A stretch of DNA of 64,000 bases. Source: Mustelus asterias. Lineage: Eukaryota. Where the stretch lies: positions 62,001 through 126,000 of the forward strand of contig NW_027590699.1 in the NCBI RefSeq assembly GCF_964213995.1, given 5' to 3'. Below the pieces are notes generated by a model that had not been told where the DNA came from, did not search any database, and saw nothing but the letters and a program-made list of their open reading frames with translations. Positions within the stretch are counted from its first letter, which is position 1, and every line of letters starts with the position of its first letter. The translations under genes and the position numbers were made by a program. Of the stretch, positions 1 through 12,818 are shown piece after piece.

Positions 1-338
1 TACTGTCTGCATAGAGACACATATAACCACTGGTAGAGAATTTAAACATGTATTTCAGATTTAAATATACTTTTTGTACTAAAATGTATACCTTGGCCAA
101 ACTGCAGACTGCCCTAAAGCATAATGGGATAAAAGCTGAGTGAGACAGGCCACATTCTTTCAGAACGGTGAAGCCACAGAACACAGTTTTTATCAGTATG
201 AGTTATAGAAAATACTTGCTTCCCAGACATTAGAATGAATAGAATTATTCATTTTTTACTGATAAGGGATGGCTCAGCAGACAGTGGAAAGGAACTTTTG
301 AACCCTATAAGCTCTGTAATAGAAGTTATCACAGAGTT

Positions 339-647
339 ACAGAATCCTACAGTGCAGAAGGAGGCCATTTGGCCCATCAAATCTGCACCAACCAGAATCC
401 CACCCAGGCCCTATCCCCATTTACCCTAGCTAGTCCGCCTGACACTAAGGGGCAATTTAGCATGTCTAATCCACTTAACCGGCACATCTTTGGATTGTGG
501 GAGAAAACCTGAGCACCCAGAGGAAACCCACGCAGACACGGGGAGAATGTGCAAACTCCACACAGACAGTGACCCAAGCCGGGAATCGAACTCGGGTCCC
601 TGACGCTGTGAGGCAGCAGTGCTAACCACTGTGCCACTGTGTCGCCC
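339..647 (-). mobile_element. HE1-like tRNA-derived V-SINE
   Basis: The minus strand reads GGGCGACACAGTGGCACAGTGGTTAGCACTGCTGCCTCACAGC...GAGTTCGATTCCC (Pol III A/B boxes), then the V-domain GTGTGGAGTTTGCACATTCTCCCCGTGTCTGCGTGGGTTTCC and a CR1-like 3' tail. Confidence 0.9.
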
Positions 648-1450
648 GTGCTGAGAGTCAGTTAGAAAGCAACCTTTGAACCCTCTGGACCTACGTAAGT
701 GAATGTTGCAAAGTAACAGTGGGCAGGAACTTTCAGATTCTACAGACCAATGAATTCCCATTCTTCCAGAAGATAGGATGTTATTGGCCAAGGTAAATAT
801 TGTGCATGAACATGATTGGAGCATCCAGTTAGGATGGCAGAGTGGGAGGATGAAATGAACTTTCAAAATAGTATAACTACATGGCCAATGTATTGTAACT
901 TTAGAAAGGAATTGGACTGCCCAGCTGCCTTTCTCAATAAGTAATGCCTTTAACCAGTATACTGTCTTTTGCAAATCTTTGTATTAACTGGGTTCAGCTC
1001 AATACTTAGCCTCCGAGAAAAACCCCCATCATATGTAAAGTGAAGTAATTGTGGGCCAAGTTTTTTCTGCTCACTCCCGACCCCTTTAGGTTCTGTAGAA
1101 AAGTTAACCCTTTCAGCAGACAGTTCATTTCTTTGTAAATCACCTGGAAACTCATGTGTCTATTTTAGTTTTTGATTGAGGATTTATGGGAACCAGTGAA
1201 ACGTGGAAATTTTAAGCGGAGCCTGGAGGAATTTGGAAGAACTGTGAGGATTTTATCGTGTTGTCACCTCAACCCCAGATAAAGAACAAAGATTTTGCAG
1301 CTGGCAACATGTTTGGGATTTTAAATCAACAAAGACTTGATGTTTCCGATAAAATCAGGCCTTGGAAGTTGGCTAAAAAAAAGTTTAAGTTATAATGAAG
1401 GGGAATGAAGGATCTTGTGTCTTATTTTAATCAAGGAGTTGTGAACTTAG

Positions 1451-2370
1451 ACCATAAGACATAGGAGCAGAAATAGGCCACCAGACCCATCGAGTCTTCT
1501 CCGCTATTCAATCATGGCTGATATTTTTCTCATCCCCATTCTCCTGCCTTTTCCCCATAACCCCTGATCCCCTTATTAATCAAGAACCTATCTATCTCTG
1601 TCTTACAGACACTCAACGAACTGACCTTCACAGCCTTCTGCGGCAAAGAGTTCCAAAGATTCACCACTCTCTGGCTGAAGAAACTCCTCCTCATCTCTGT
1701 TTTAAAGGATCATCCCTTTAGCCTGAGGTTGTGCCCTCTAGTTCTAGTTTTTTCCTACTAAGTTTCAATAAGATCTCCCCTCATCCTTCTAAACTCCAAT
1801 GAGTGCAGGCCCGGAGTCCTCAACCATTCTTCATACGACAAGCTCTTCATTCCAGAGATCATTCTTGTGAAGCTCCTCCAGATCCTTTCCAAGACCAGCA
1901 TATCCTTCCTTAGATGTGGGGCTCAAAACTGCTCACAATACTCCAAATGGGGTCTGACCAGAGCCTTATACAGCCTCAGAAGTACATTCCTACTCTTGTA
2001 TTCTAACCCTCTTGACATGAATGCTAACATTGCATCTGCCTTCCGAACTGCCAACTAAACCTGCACGTTAACTTTAAGAGAATCTTGAACAATGACTCCC
2101 AAGTCCCTTTGTGCTTCTGATTGCCGAAGCATTTCCCCATTTAGAAAATAGTCGATGACTCCATTCCTCCTACCCAAGTGCATAATCTCACACTTTTCCA
2201 CATTGTATTCCATCTGCCACTTTGCCCACTCTCCGAGCCCATCAAAGTCCTTCTGCAGCCCCCCTGCTCCCTCAATACTACCTGTCCCTCCACATATCTT
2301 TGTATCATCTGCAAACTTAGCAACAGTGCCTTCAGTTCCATCTTCCAAATCATTAATGTACATTGTGAAA
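1451..2370 (-). mobile_element. CR1/HER1 LINE, 5'-truncated and degenerate
   Basis: ORF 2055..2363 has YINDL...KFADDTK RT motifs. A CR1 3' UTR and tail lie at ~1451. Confidence 0.88.
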
Positions 2371-2748
2371 CGTTTGTGGTGCTCTGTCGCTTCAAGAAGC
2401 TATCGCTGTGAGAGAGAATGCTGAGGATTCATTGTTTGAAATTTACGAGCTGTGAGAACCTGTGTGTTTCATTTGTTTTATGTGGATGTTTGTAGATGTG
2501 TTTTATCATTGTTTTGGGCTACATTTGTTAAGGTTTATCTTTCTGGGGAATTAACCTTATCTTGAGTCTTTAATTGAAGGCATTTCTGGAAGTTTCGAAA
2601 CAGAACCACAAGAACGCTTAAGGAATTAATTTTGGTCGTCGTTGTTGTAAAACACATGCTAAGTTTCTCTGCTTGTGCATGGATGATATTTGTGGGTTGA
2701 ATGCTTCAAGCTTTCAGGTTTTCTGTCTGTGATTTAAATCAAACAGAT

Positions 2749-3285
2749 TTACAGGGATAGGGCAGTGGAGAGGGCCTGGGTAGGGTGCTCTGTTGGAGAG
2801 ATGGTGCAGACTCGATGGTCCGAATGGTCCCTTCTGCACTGGAGGGATTCTATGATTCAATGAACACAGGAATGGTCAGAATTATTTCACATGTCCCAAA
2901 TTTTAAATAACCATTACAATTAAAACTCTCTCATACTCACATGTCAAACAGATTTAAATCAAGGACGTGTAATTAATAAAGCTTTTTTTCACAAAAGTTG
3001 TGAACCTAGAGCCACATTTACTGGCCAGAGACATGATTCCAGGATACTTTGCTAAACATGTGGGAATTTTAATCCGGATTCAAACTCACACATGTGAGTA
3101 TGAGAGAGTTTTAATTGTAATGGTTATTTAAAATTTGGGACATGTGAAATAATTCTGACCATTCCTGTGTTCATTGAATCATAGAATCCCTCCAGTGCAG
3201 AAGGGACCATTCGGACCATCGAGTCTGCACCATCTGTCTAACAGAGCACCTTACCCAGGCCCTCTCCCCTGCCCTATCCCTGTAA
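2749..3285. repeat. Local inverted duplication (arms 2749-2944 and 3090-3285)
   Basis: The two ~195-bp arms are reverse complements with few mismatches. The left arm is flanked by direct TCAAACAGATTTA (2739-2751, 2944-2956). Confidence 0.9.
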
Positions 3286-3532
3286 TCTCACACATTTTCC
3301 ATGGCTAACCTATCTAACCCACACAGCTTGGGATACTAAGAGGGAATTCAACATTGCAAATCCACCGCACCTGGGCATCTTTGGTCTGTGGGTGGAAACT
3401 GGAGCACCCGGAGGAAGCCCATGCAGACACAGGGAGAACATGCAAACTCCACACAGACACTCACCCAAGGCTGGAATTAAATGCCTGGCGCTGTGAGGCA
3501 GCAGTGCTAACCACTGTGCCACCATGTCACCC
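3176..3532 (-). mobile_element. HE1-like SINE
   Basis: Same head, V-domain and tail as 339-647. Confidence 0.85.
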
Positions 3533-3536
3533 TATA

Positions 3537-3740
3537 GTTGAGGCCAAAACATTGTCTGATTTCAAGAAGATATGAGATATACTCTTGGGGCTAACGGGAT
3601 CAAGGGATATGGGAGGCGGGCGGGCGGTGGGGGGGTGGAATCAGGAAATTGAATTCGATGATCAGCCATGATGAAGATGAGTGGTGGAACAGGCTCAAGG
3701 GGCCGAATGGCCTTCTCCTGCTTCTAGTTTCTATGTATCT
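3537..3740 (+). mobile_element. CR1 LINE 3' end fragment
   Basis: GGGATCAAGGGATATGGG...ATCAGCCATGAT...GGGCCGAATGGCC...TTTCTATGT matches the CR1 3' UTRs elsewhere in the window. Confidence 0.7.
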
Positions 3741-5691
3741 CTCCACTGGGCCAGCATTCCATCCAGTGGCACAGTGGTTAGCACTGCTGCCTCAAAAAAG
3801 CAAATACAGCAATGGCTTTGGCATCTGCTACAATGTGACTGACAGTTTGACAATGGAGTCAACGGCATCAGGAATAAAAGATACCCTGGGAGGTGGAGAA
3901 GAATGTGACGGAGATTACGAGCGGGTCCTTGATAGGTTTTCTAAAGAGATTCAGAAAGGAAATAGCGAGTTGGAAAAAGTCCAGAATAAATTAATTTACA
4001 GTTACATTGGAAACCTGTTGCCTCACAGCTGAGTACAAAATATAAAGAGTTGAGGGAACTGGTGGATAAGCTGCAGAATGGAGCTGATTGCTGGCAGGAG
4101 AGCACGTCTGACCTGGACAATCAGTTACATTGGGAACAGGGGGCAGATGATAGGGTGAGTGGAGCTCAGAAAAATCTACTGCTGTTCGGCCAAACTCTGG
4201 AACAAGATATTGATTTACAATCAGAAAATATCAAATCAAGTGAAGAGTTAGAAGATGCCATGGGGACTTTGAGAAAGGTAATTCAGCCACAAAGTGACAC
4301 CTCCCCTGAAGCAGACCACTCCCAATGTTTAGCTAACATCAAACAACCTGAGACACAAATCAGTCACCAGTGAGCAGATGTAGTTGTTTTCTCCAAAAAA
4401 AGAATCACTGAAAGCACTCCTCCCTCTCCTCTGCCTCTCCTGTGTGATAAGGGAATGCAGGTGTGTGAGGTTAGTCAGGACCTTTGCACCGTCATGATCC
4501 ACAACGCTTACTCCAAGTTGGTTTGCTCAGTTGAAGGAATACCGTACATTTGAGTCATAATTGTTGAGGCAGGGCGTTGTTTGCAGGCATCACAGATTCG
4601 AAGAATTAGTTTGGAAAGGGAATAAAAATTAATTTAATTTGAACAGCCGTGAGTTTCTGTTTGAAATAAATTCAGACTGTACTAAAATGTGAAAGGAATG
4701 TATTTGGGTTTGAAATTAACTTGTTCAAGGTTAGAATTGTGAAGGACAATTTGCTCCCAAAACAGAAAGATAAGGCTGCAGTTTGGCAGCAAACCAGTTC
4801 CAACTTTCCAAAACATTTGAGTTAAAATTGTTGAGATTCAGTTAACAACACATTTCACAAAGTATTTCTTTCAACTTTGATTAAGTAGCAAATATTGAAA
4901 ATTGAAATTGGTGTTCAAAAAAGGATAGATAAAAGAGATGAAATTTGAACAAAATTGAAGAAAATAACACGAGAGAAGTTTTTTAAATTATGTAAGTTGA
5001 TGGAATTGCCAAGTTTCCTCTGCCCACTCCCCGCCTCTCTCGGTTCCACAGAGAAGTTAACCCTTTCAGCAGACAGCTCATTTTTATAAATCTCCACACA
5101 GCCTTTGTTTTTTAATGTAACCTGTGATTGGACACATTAACTCACTGGGATCTTGGCCAGAGCCAGATGGATTGTTTATGGGGTTTTTTTAAACAGGTGA
5201 TGACGGTTTCACTCACAAACAATCCGAGTGAAGGCAGCAGTTTTGAGAATTAAAGCAGAGAATAAAAGACTTTACTTTTCAGAAAGCCAACAAGCCTGCT
5301 TTTGAGATTGGAATTGATAAATATCTGATGTGAGTTGCTATTTCAAGCATTTAAAATGGAAATTACCTGGTGTTTAAGGGAAAGAACAAAGTTGATAATG
5401 CCTGGAATCAAACAGAAATGTTTGGTTTCTGTTAAAAGATATTATGAGAATATTTAATGATTTATTTAACTCTAAAGATTCTCGAGAACTCCTGAAAGTG
5501 TAGTTTAAAGGAATCCATACATTTGGGTGTTTATGAAGATTTGAGTGAAAGGGAAGTCTCGATGAGATGAATGAGGTGACAGTTTTCTCTTGGAGATACT
5601 TGTTTCTTGTCTATGAATTATTTGAGAGAACTGAATTTGATAATCTGGCCTCCATCTGAGACATTATTCCCAGAAATCCTCAATTTTAAAC

Positions 5692-7571
5692 TAAAATAGA
5701 CACATGAGTTTCCGGGCAGTCACAGGAATATGGTCAAGATAGTCCAGTCCCACAATGCCTCACATTCAATCTGCAGTTCTTCAATTATAACACAATATGT
5801 GGCTGTATGTAGCTGCCTTGGCCATGGTCAACCCCAAGGGTGCCTTCTTGAACTGCTGCAATGCCTGAGGTGTACGTACACCCACAGTGCTGTTAGGGAG
5901 GGACTTCCAGTTACTGAGAGAGACAAGAGATGAAATTGCTGGGCCTCTAACAGAAATCTTTGTTTCTTCATTGGACACAGGTGAGGTCCCAGAGGATTGG
6001 AGAATAGCAAATGTGGTCCCGTTATTTAAGAAGGGTAGCAAGGATAACCCGGGTAATCATAGGCCAGTGAGCTTGACGTCCGTGGTAGGGAAATTGTTGG
6101 AGAAGATTCTTAGAGATAGGATCTATACACATTTAGAACTGAATAACCTCATTAGCAATAGACAACATGGTTTTGTGCGAGGGAGGTCATGCCTCACAAA
6201 TTTGGTTGAGTTTTTTGAGGCGGTGACAAAAATGACTGACGAGGGAAGGGCCGTGGATGTCGTCTACATGGATTTTAGTAAAGCATTTGACAAGGTCCCT
6301 CATGGCAGGCTGGTGCAAAAGGTTAAATCTCACGGGATCAAAGGTGAGCTCGCTAGATGGGTACAGAACTGGTTTGGCCATAGAAGACAGAGGGTAGCAG
6401 CGGAGGGGTCTTTTTCTGATTGGAGGTCTGTGACTAGTGGTGTTCCGCAGGGCTCTGTATTGGGACCTCTGCTGTTTGTGATATATATAAATGATTTGGA
6501 AGAAGATGTAGCAAGTCTGATTAGTAAGTTTGCGGACGACACAATGATTGCTGGAGTTGTGGATTGTGATGAACATTGTCAGAGAATACAGCAGGACATA
6601 GATAGGCTGGAAAATTGGGCGGAGAAATGGCAGATGGAACTTAATCCAGATAAATGCGAAGTGATGCATTTTAGTAGATCTAATGCAGGGGGAGCTATAC
6701 AATAAATGGCAGAACCATCAGGAGTATAGACACGCAGAGGGATCTGGATGTGCAAGTCCACAGAACCTTAAAGGTGGCAACACAGGTGGAAAGGGTGGTG
6801 AAGAAGGCATATGGCATGCTTGCTTTTATTGGACGGGGCATAGAGTATAAAAGTTGGGGTCTGATGGTGCAGATGTATAGAACGTTGGTTCGGCCGCATT
6901 TGGAATACTGCGTCCAGTTCTGGTCGCCACACTACCAGAAGGACGTGGAGGCTTTGGAGAGAGTGCAGAAAAGGTTAACCAGGATGTTGCCTGGTATGGA
7001 GGGTATTAGCTATGAGGAGAGATTGAGTAAACTAGGGTTGTTCTCCCTGGAAAAACAGAGGTGGAGGGGCGGCCTAATAGAAGTTTATAAAATTATGAAG
7101 GGCATAGATAGGGTGAACAGTTGGAAGCTTTTTCCCAGGTCAGAAACGACAAACAGAAGGGGTCACAAGTTCAAGGTAAGGGGGGGCAAGGTTCAATACA
7201 GATATGCAGGGGACGTATTTTAATGATAACCATATGAACAGACTGGGAATAGAGGGATACAAACGGATGGTCTCGTTCGGAACACATGATCGGTGCAGGC
7301 TTGGAGGGCCGAAGGGCCTGTTCCTGTGCTGTATTGTTCTTTGTTCTTTAAAATAGACACAAGTTTCCGGGCAGTCTCAGGAATATGGTCAAGATAGTCC
7401 AGTCCCACAATGCCTCACATTCAATCTGCAGTCCTTCAATTATAACAGAATATGTGGCTGTATGTAGCTGCCTTGGCCATGGTCAACCCCAACCCCAAGG
7501 GTGCCTTCTTGAACTGCTGCAATGCCTGAGGTGTACGTACACCCACAGTGCTGTTAGGAAGGGAGTTCCAG
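5692..7571. repeat. ~220-bp direct duplication (5692-5910 and 7349-7571) bracketing a CR1
   Basis: Both copies read TAAAATAGACAC...GGAATATGGTCAAGATAGTCC...GTGCTGTTAGG...TTCCAG. ORF-track peptides 5730.. and 7385.. are near-identical. Confidence 0.9.
5911..7349 (+). mobile_element. CR1 LINE, 5'-truncated, frameshifted RT
   Basis: ORFs 5887..6705 and 6750..7223 contain VPEDWRIANV, DFSKAFDKV, GVPQGSVLGP, KFADDT and VRPHLEYC. The tail is TGTTCTTTGTTCTTT. Confidence 0.95.
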
Positions 7572-8114
7572 CTACATATTCCAGACTTTCACTAGACTGT
7601 AGGTGGATATCAGATTGACATATTCCATTCAACCACACCCAAGGTGAGTTATTCCAATTCCTTTATTGTCCAGGACAATATATTCACAATATCTTTAAAA
7701 CAGAAATTAAACATTCCCATTTGATTTCAGACAGTAACATATTCTGTTAGTTTGTTCTTTATAGTCAATGTCAGGCTGGTGTTGTTTTCCTTGGAGCAAA
7801 GGAGGTTGAGGGGAGATTTGATAGAGGTGGACAAGGTTCTGACAGGTTTAGATAAGGTGGACAAAGAAAAGCTGTTCCCATTAGCTGATGGGACAAGGAC
7901 GAGGGGGGACACAGATTTCTTGTTTTGGGTCAGAGATGCAAGAGAGGGGGAGTGGGGGGCGGGGGGGGGGGGGGGGCGGTGGAGATGTGAGGAAGAATAT
8001 TCTGATGCAGTGAATGGTGATGACCTGGAACTCGCTGCCTACGAGGGTGGAGGAAGTAGCGACAATAAACAATTAAAAAGGAAATTGGATGGGCATTTGG
8101 GATGTTCCAAACAG

Positions 8115-9178
8115 AATGAAGAACAAAGAAAATTACAGCACAGGAACAAGCCCTTTGGCCCTCCAAGCCTGGAGCAACCATGCTGCCCGTCTGAACTAAA
8201 ACCCCCTACCTTTCCGGGGACCATATCCCTCTGTTCCTATGCTATTCATATATTTGTCAAGACACATCTTAAAAGTCACTGCCGTATCTGCTTCCACTAC
8301 CTTCCCCGGCAACGGGTTCCAGGCACCCACCACGCTCTGTGTAAAAAACCTGCCTTGTACATCTCCTTTAAACCTTGCCCCCCGCACCTTAAACCTATGC
8401 CTCTCGTAATTGACTCTTCCACCCTGGGAAAAAGCGTCTGATTATCCACTCTGTCCATGACCCTCATAATCTTGTAGACTTCTATCAGGTCGCCCCCCTC
8501 AACCTCCGTTGTTCCAGTGAGAACAAACCAAGTTTCTCCAACCTCTCCTCATAGCTAATGCTACCAGGCAACATCCTGGTAAATATTTTCCATACCCTCT
8601 CCAAAGCCCCCACTTCCTTCTGGTAGTGTGGTGACCAGAAATGAACACTAGATTCCACGTGCGGTCTAACTAAGGTTCTATAAAGCTGCAACATGACTTA
8701 CCAATTTTTAAACTCAATGCCCCGGCCGAAGAAGGCAAGCATGCCGTATGCCTTCTTGATTATCTTCTCCACCTCATTGCCACTTTCAATAACCTGTGCA
8801 CCTGTACACCCAGATCCCTCTGCCTATGAATACTCTGAAGGGTTCTCCATTGACTGTATATTTCCCATCTGTATTAGACCTTCCAAAATGCATTACCTCA
8901 CATTTGTCCGGATTAAACTTCATCTGCCATCTCTCTGCCCAAGTCTCCAACTGATCTATATCCTGCTGTATCCTCTGCCAGTCCCCATCGCTATCCGCAA
9001 TTCCACCAACCTTTGTGTCGTCCACAAACTTACCAATCAAACCAGTTACATTTTCCTCCAAATCATTTATATATATTACAAACAGCAAAAGTCCCAGCAC
9101 TGATCCCTGAGGAACGTCACTTGTCACAGCCCTCCATTCAGAAATGTACCTTTGCACTGCCAACCTCTGTTTTCTTCT
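8115..9178 (-). mobile_element. CR1 LINE 3' part, degenerate
   Basis: ORFs 8786..9163, 8485..8694 and 8196..8387 encode the RT C-terminus. The tail GAACAAAGAAAATTACAGCACAGG is at ~8120. Confidence 0.9.
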
Positions 9179-9414
9179 GACTCAATATCTCTAAACTTCC
9201 TAACACCCTGTCACTCTGTGATCCTTGTGACATTTGAAACCAGGTATTCACAAAAAGGTTCAAAGAGCATCAGCCCACTGGAGGCTGAGACCGGCCAGTC
9301 CAGCACAAAGAAACCCTCTGACCCTTCCCATTGACCAACTGTGAGAATGAACAAAATGCAATCCTGGATGCAACTGAGAGCAGAAACAATAACAGCAGAA
9401 TCCAACCCCTGTCA

Positions 9415-10089
9415 TCACTCGTGAACTCGCTGGTGTCTCAGCAGCCGGGATGAAACGCTGAAACCCTTCCCACACTGAGAGCAGGTGAATGGCCTCTCCC
9501 CAGTGTGAACTGGCTGATGTGTCCGCAGGGTGGATGACCGAGTGAAGCCCTTCCCACACTGAGAGCAGGTGAATGGTTTCTCCCCTGTGTGAACTCGCTG
9601 GTGTGTCCGCAGGTCGGGTAACCGAGTGAATCCCTTCCCACACTGAGAGCAGGTGAACGGCCTCTCCCCAGTGTGAACTCGCTGGTGTGTCTGCAGGCTG
9701 GATAACTGAGTGAATCCCTTCCCACACTGAGAGCAGGTGAATGGCCTCTCCCCAGTGTGAACTCGCTGGTGTGTCTGCAGGCTGGATAACTGAGTGAATC
9801 CCTTCCCACACTGAGAGCAGGTGAATGGCCTCTCCCCAGTGTGAACTCGCTGGTGTGTCCGCAGGTGGGATGACTGAATGAATCCCTTCCCACATTGAGA
9901 GCAGGTGAATGGTCTCTCCCCAGTGTGAACTCGTTGGTGTGTCCGTAAGCTGGAGAACTGATTAAATCCCTTCTCACACTGAGGGCAGATGAACAGCCTC
10001 TCCCCAGTGTGGCTGCGCCGATGAGCTTCCAGCAGACATGGGGCTCTGTATCCCTTCCCACAGTCCCCACATTTCCATGGTTTCTCCAT
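9415..10089 (-). CDS. C2H2 zinc-finger protein, 8 fingers, no effector domain seen (ZNF-A paralog 1)
   Basis: MEKPWKC start in ACCATGG context, 8 CxxC...HxxxH units with TGERPF/TGEKPF-type linkers, uninterrupted ORF. Confidence 0.85.
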   Translation of the reverse strand: MEKPWKCGDCGKGYRAPCLLEAHRRSHTGERLFICPQCEKGFNQFSSLRTHQRVHTGERPFTCSQCGKGFIQSSHLRTHQRVHTGERPFTCSQCGKGFTQLSSLQTHQRVHTGERPFTCSQCGKGFTQLSSLQTHQRVHTGERPFTCSQCGKGFTRLPDLRTHQRVHTGEKPFTCSQCGKGFTRSSTLRTHQPVHTGERPFTCSQCGKGFSVSSRLLRHQRVHE

Positions 10090-10571
10090 GGTGCAGGTTT
10101 CCTTGCCTCACTCTTGGGTGGACAATCAGTTGAAACTTCGTCCACACACAGGACAAGATTACAGTCTCTACCCGCTGTGAATGGTGTGATATTTATTCAG
10201 ACTGTGTAACTGGTTAAAGCTCTTTAGTCAGTGCATTGGAACACTCTCACTCAAGTGTGGCAGTGTGTTGATGCTTTTTCACTCACACTGACATTTCAAA
10301 TCTTTTCAAATCGACAGACTGGACAATCATTTCTCCTTCTGGATTCAAAGTCCGATGATATTGAGGTCCCAAGGAACACGATTCTGTCACGCCGAGACAT
10401 GACGTTTGAGATTTCGGCCTGTGATTCCTCTTTCAATATCCTGAAAATGAGTTTCCAAAAGTCATCAGTGTCAGTACAGGATAGAAATTCAGAACAATTT
10501 CTATGGAACATTCTTTCCTCTCTCATTCCCCAAAAGCTGTAAATCTCCATCCCACACACTCTCTCCCCATT

Positions 10572-10760
10572 CTCAGCAGGTCTGGCAGCACCTGGATGGA
10601 GAGAAAAGAACTGATGTTTCAGAGCTTTGACAAAGGGTCATTTCGTCAAGAAACATCAGCTCTTTTCTCTCCTTACAGATGCTGCTAGACCTGCTGAGAT
10701 TTTCCAGCATTTTCTCCCTTGGCTTCAGACGCCAGCATCCGCAGTAATTTGCTTTTATAA
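10572..10760. mobile_element. Fold-back fragment of a second, probably Penelope-like, repeat family
   Basis: Inverted arms TCTCAGCAGGTCTGGCAGCA...TGATGTTTC / GAAACATCAGC...GACCTGCTGAGA. Related copies are at ~26900-27065, 43070-43165, 57460-57648 and 63200-63365. Confidence 0.55.
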
Positions 10761-11960
10761 GGCTACAGATACCTCCTCCCAAGTAACGAGCGTGTGCCCA
10801 AGACATCACCACTTGTTTCCCTTATTTCTTTAGCCCCCATGGTGCTCTCCGCAGTAAACACAGAGGAGAAGTATTCATTAAAAATCTCACCCATCTCCTG
10901 TAGCTCCACACACAGATGGCCATACTGATTTTTAAGGGGATCTATTCTCTCTCTAGCCACCGTCTTACTCTTAATATAGCTATAGAACCTCTTGGAATTT
11001 TCTTTAATCTTACCTGCCAGATCCATATCATACCCTCTTTTTGTCCTCCTGATTTCCCTCCTCAGTATTTTCTTACACTTTTTATAGTCAGAGTGATTCA
11101 CTTGTCCCCGATTGCCTAAACCCAATGTCTGCTTCCTTCTTTTACCTGACCAGAGCCTCAATGTCCCTTGTCTGCCAGAGATCCTTAAATTTACCATTCT
11201 TTCCCTTCATCTTAACAGGAATATACTGCCCCTGGATTCTTGATATCACACTTTTAAAACCTCCCATTTGCCAGTCATTCCTTTCCCTTCAAACAAACTC
11301 ACCTAATCGACATCTGCTAGATCCTGCCTAATGCCCACAAAAGTGGCCCTGCTCCAGTTTAGGGCCTTGACCTGTGGACCTGTCCTATCTTTTTCCTGAA
11401 CTATTTTGAAACTATTGGTGCTCCCAATAGTGCTCCCTGACTGACACTTCAGTCACTTGCTCCACCTCATTTCTTAACTGTCTAATAGAAAGTGAGTCCA
11501 GGAATTGATAATGAAAAATAAGGAGCTGGGAGATGAATTGAACAAGTATTTTGCCTCGGTGTTCACAATAGAGGTTACAGTTAAAACTCAGAAACAGCTG
11601 GAAATCAGAAAACAGAAGTGTGGGATGAACTCTGAAAAAGCACAATTCCCAGGGAAGTGGTCCTCAGCAAACTGTTGGAGCTGTGGGCTGATGAGTCCTC
11701 GGGTCCTGCTGGGCTTCATTCTCGGGTCTTAACAGAGTGAGATCGTTGATGTGTTGTTCAATTTTCTAAAATTCCCCATCGGGAATTGGATAAAGGGAAA
11801 CCGGTGGATGTGCTGTACTCAGATTTCCAGAAGACATTTGATGAGGTGCCACATCAAAGGTTATTGCAGCAAATAAAAGTTCATGCTGTGGGGATAACAT
11901 ATTGGCGTGGATAGAAGATTGGCTAACAGCAAACAGTGGGCAGAAATGGATCATTTTCTG
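10760..11960. mobile_element. Old CR1 LINE fragments (minus ~10760-11440, plus ~11500-11960)
   Basis: Peptides KENSKRFYSYIKSK, IFNEYFSSVFT and LNKYFASVFT. Confidence 0.75.
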
Positions 11961-12169
11961 GTTCGAGAGAGCGAGAAACCTGGACCAACCTTTCCAGAGT
12001 CTGCACCCTCACTGGATTCACTTCCTTTCTCTTCAGTTGCTGCAAGTCCCCAATTTCCCCCAGAATGAGAAAAGAAATGGAAAGGGGGTTGAAGAGAAAG
12101 TGTTTTACTCACAGATGTTTGAGACAGGAGGAAGTTTGAGTCTGTCTGAAGATCAATCTTCATTCACAC

Positions 12170-12570
12170 AAAGCCCACACTCTGATTGGCTGGAAGACCA
12201 GAGTCCTTCCGGTCCTCCAACTCTTCCCATTGGTCAACACCTCAGCATGAAGATCAGAGGGTGGGTTCTCCCCCGCACATGCGCAGCTTCCCCTCTCCCT
12301 CGCACATGTGTAGTCCTGGGCCGGGGGGAGGGAGAGCTCACTGAGCGGCTTCTCGCTCTTGCTGGAGCCATCAGCCGGTTGCCTGGAAACCTTGGTTCAA
12401 GGAGGTGTAGGGGGAGGGGAACAATGGGTGGGGGCGGGGCTCCTGGGTCCGCGCGCCCGGGCCTGAGAACTGGAACCCGGAGACGTCACCGCGAAGCAGA
12501 GTGATTCCTATTGGCTGATTCAGGCAGGACACTATTGTGACGTCACAATGCGGAAGTTGTCCAATGAGCT
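12170..12570. promoter_or_regulatory. CpG-rich promoter-like cassette upstream of ZNF-A paralog 1
   Basis: Several CCAAT/ATTGG boxes, GC box GGGGCGGGG, NRF1-like CGCACATGCGCA, and the perfect palindrome ATTGTGACGTCACAAT (CRE core) at 12534-12549. Confidence 0.6.
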
Positions 12571-12818
12571 TCAGAGTGAAACTCCCTCCTCTGTTCAACA
12601 TCTGGGAGGAAATCAATGTTTTCCCCTTTCCATTTCTTTTCTCATTCTGGGGGAAGTTGGGGACTTGCAGCAACTGAAGGAAATGAAGTGAATTCGGTCT
12701 GTATATTCCACACATTTTTACTCCAGTAATGTAGACATTTATCTGTCTGGCATCCTGCATGGAAATTTTCAGCTCTCTGCATCCAGGGCAAGAAGCAGTG
12801 AGCATGGATCTGTCAATC

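Noticed and set aside
585-647. tRNA genes at SINE heads
   Set aside because: The A/B boxes run straight into the V-SINE body and no complete cloverleaf is evident.
377-974. Recurrent 'MAQWLALLPHS' and '[31 protein letters not shown]' ORFs
   Set aside because: They are translations of HE1 SINE copies, not genes.
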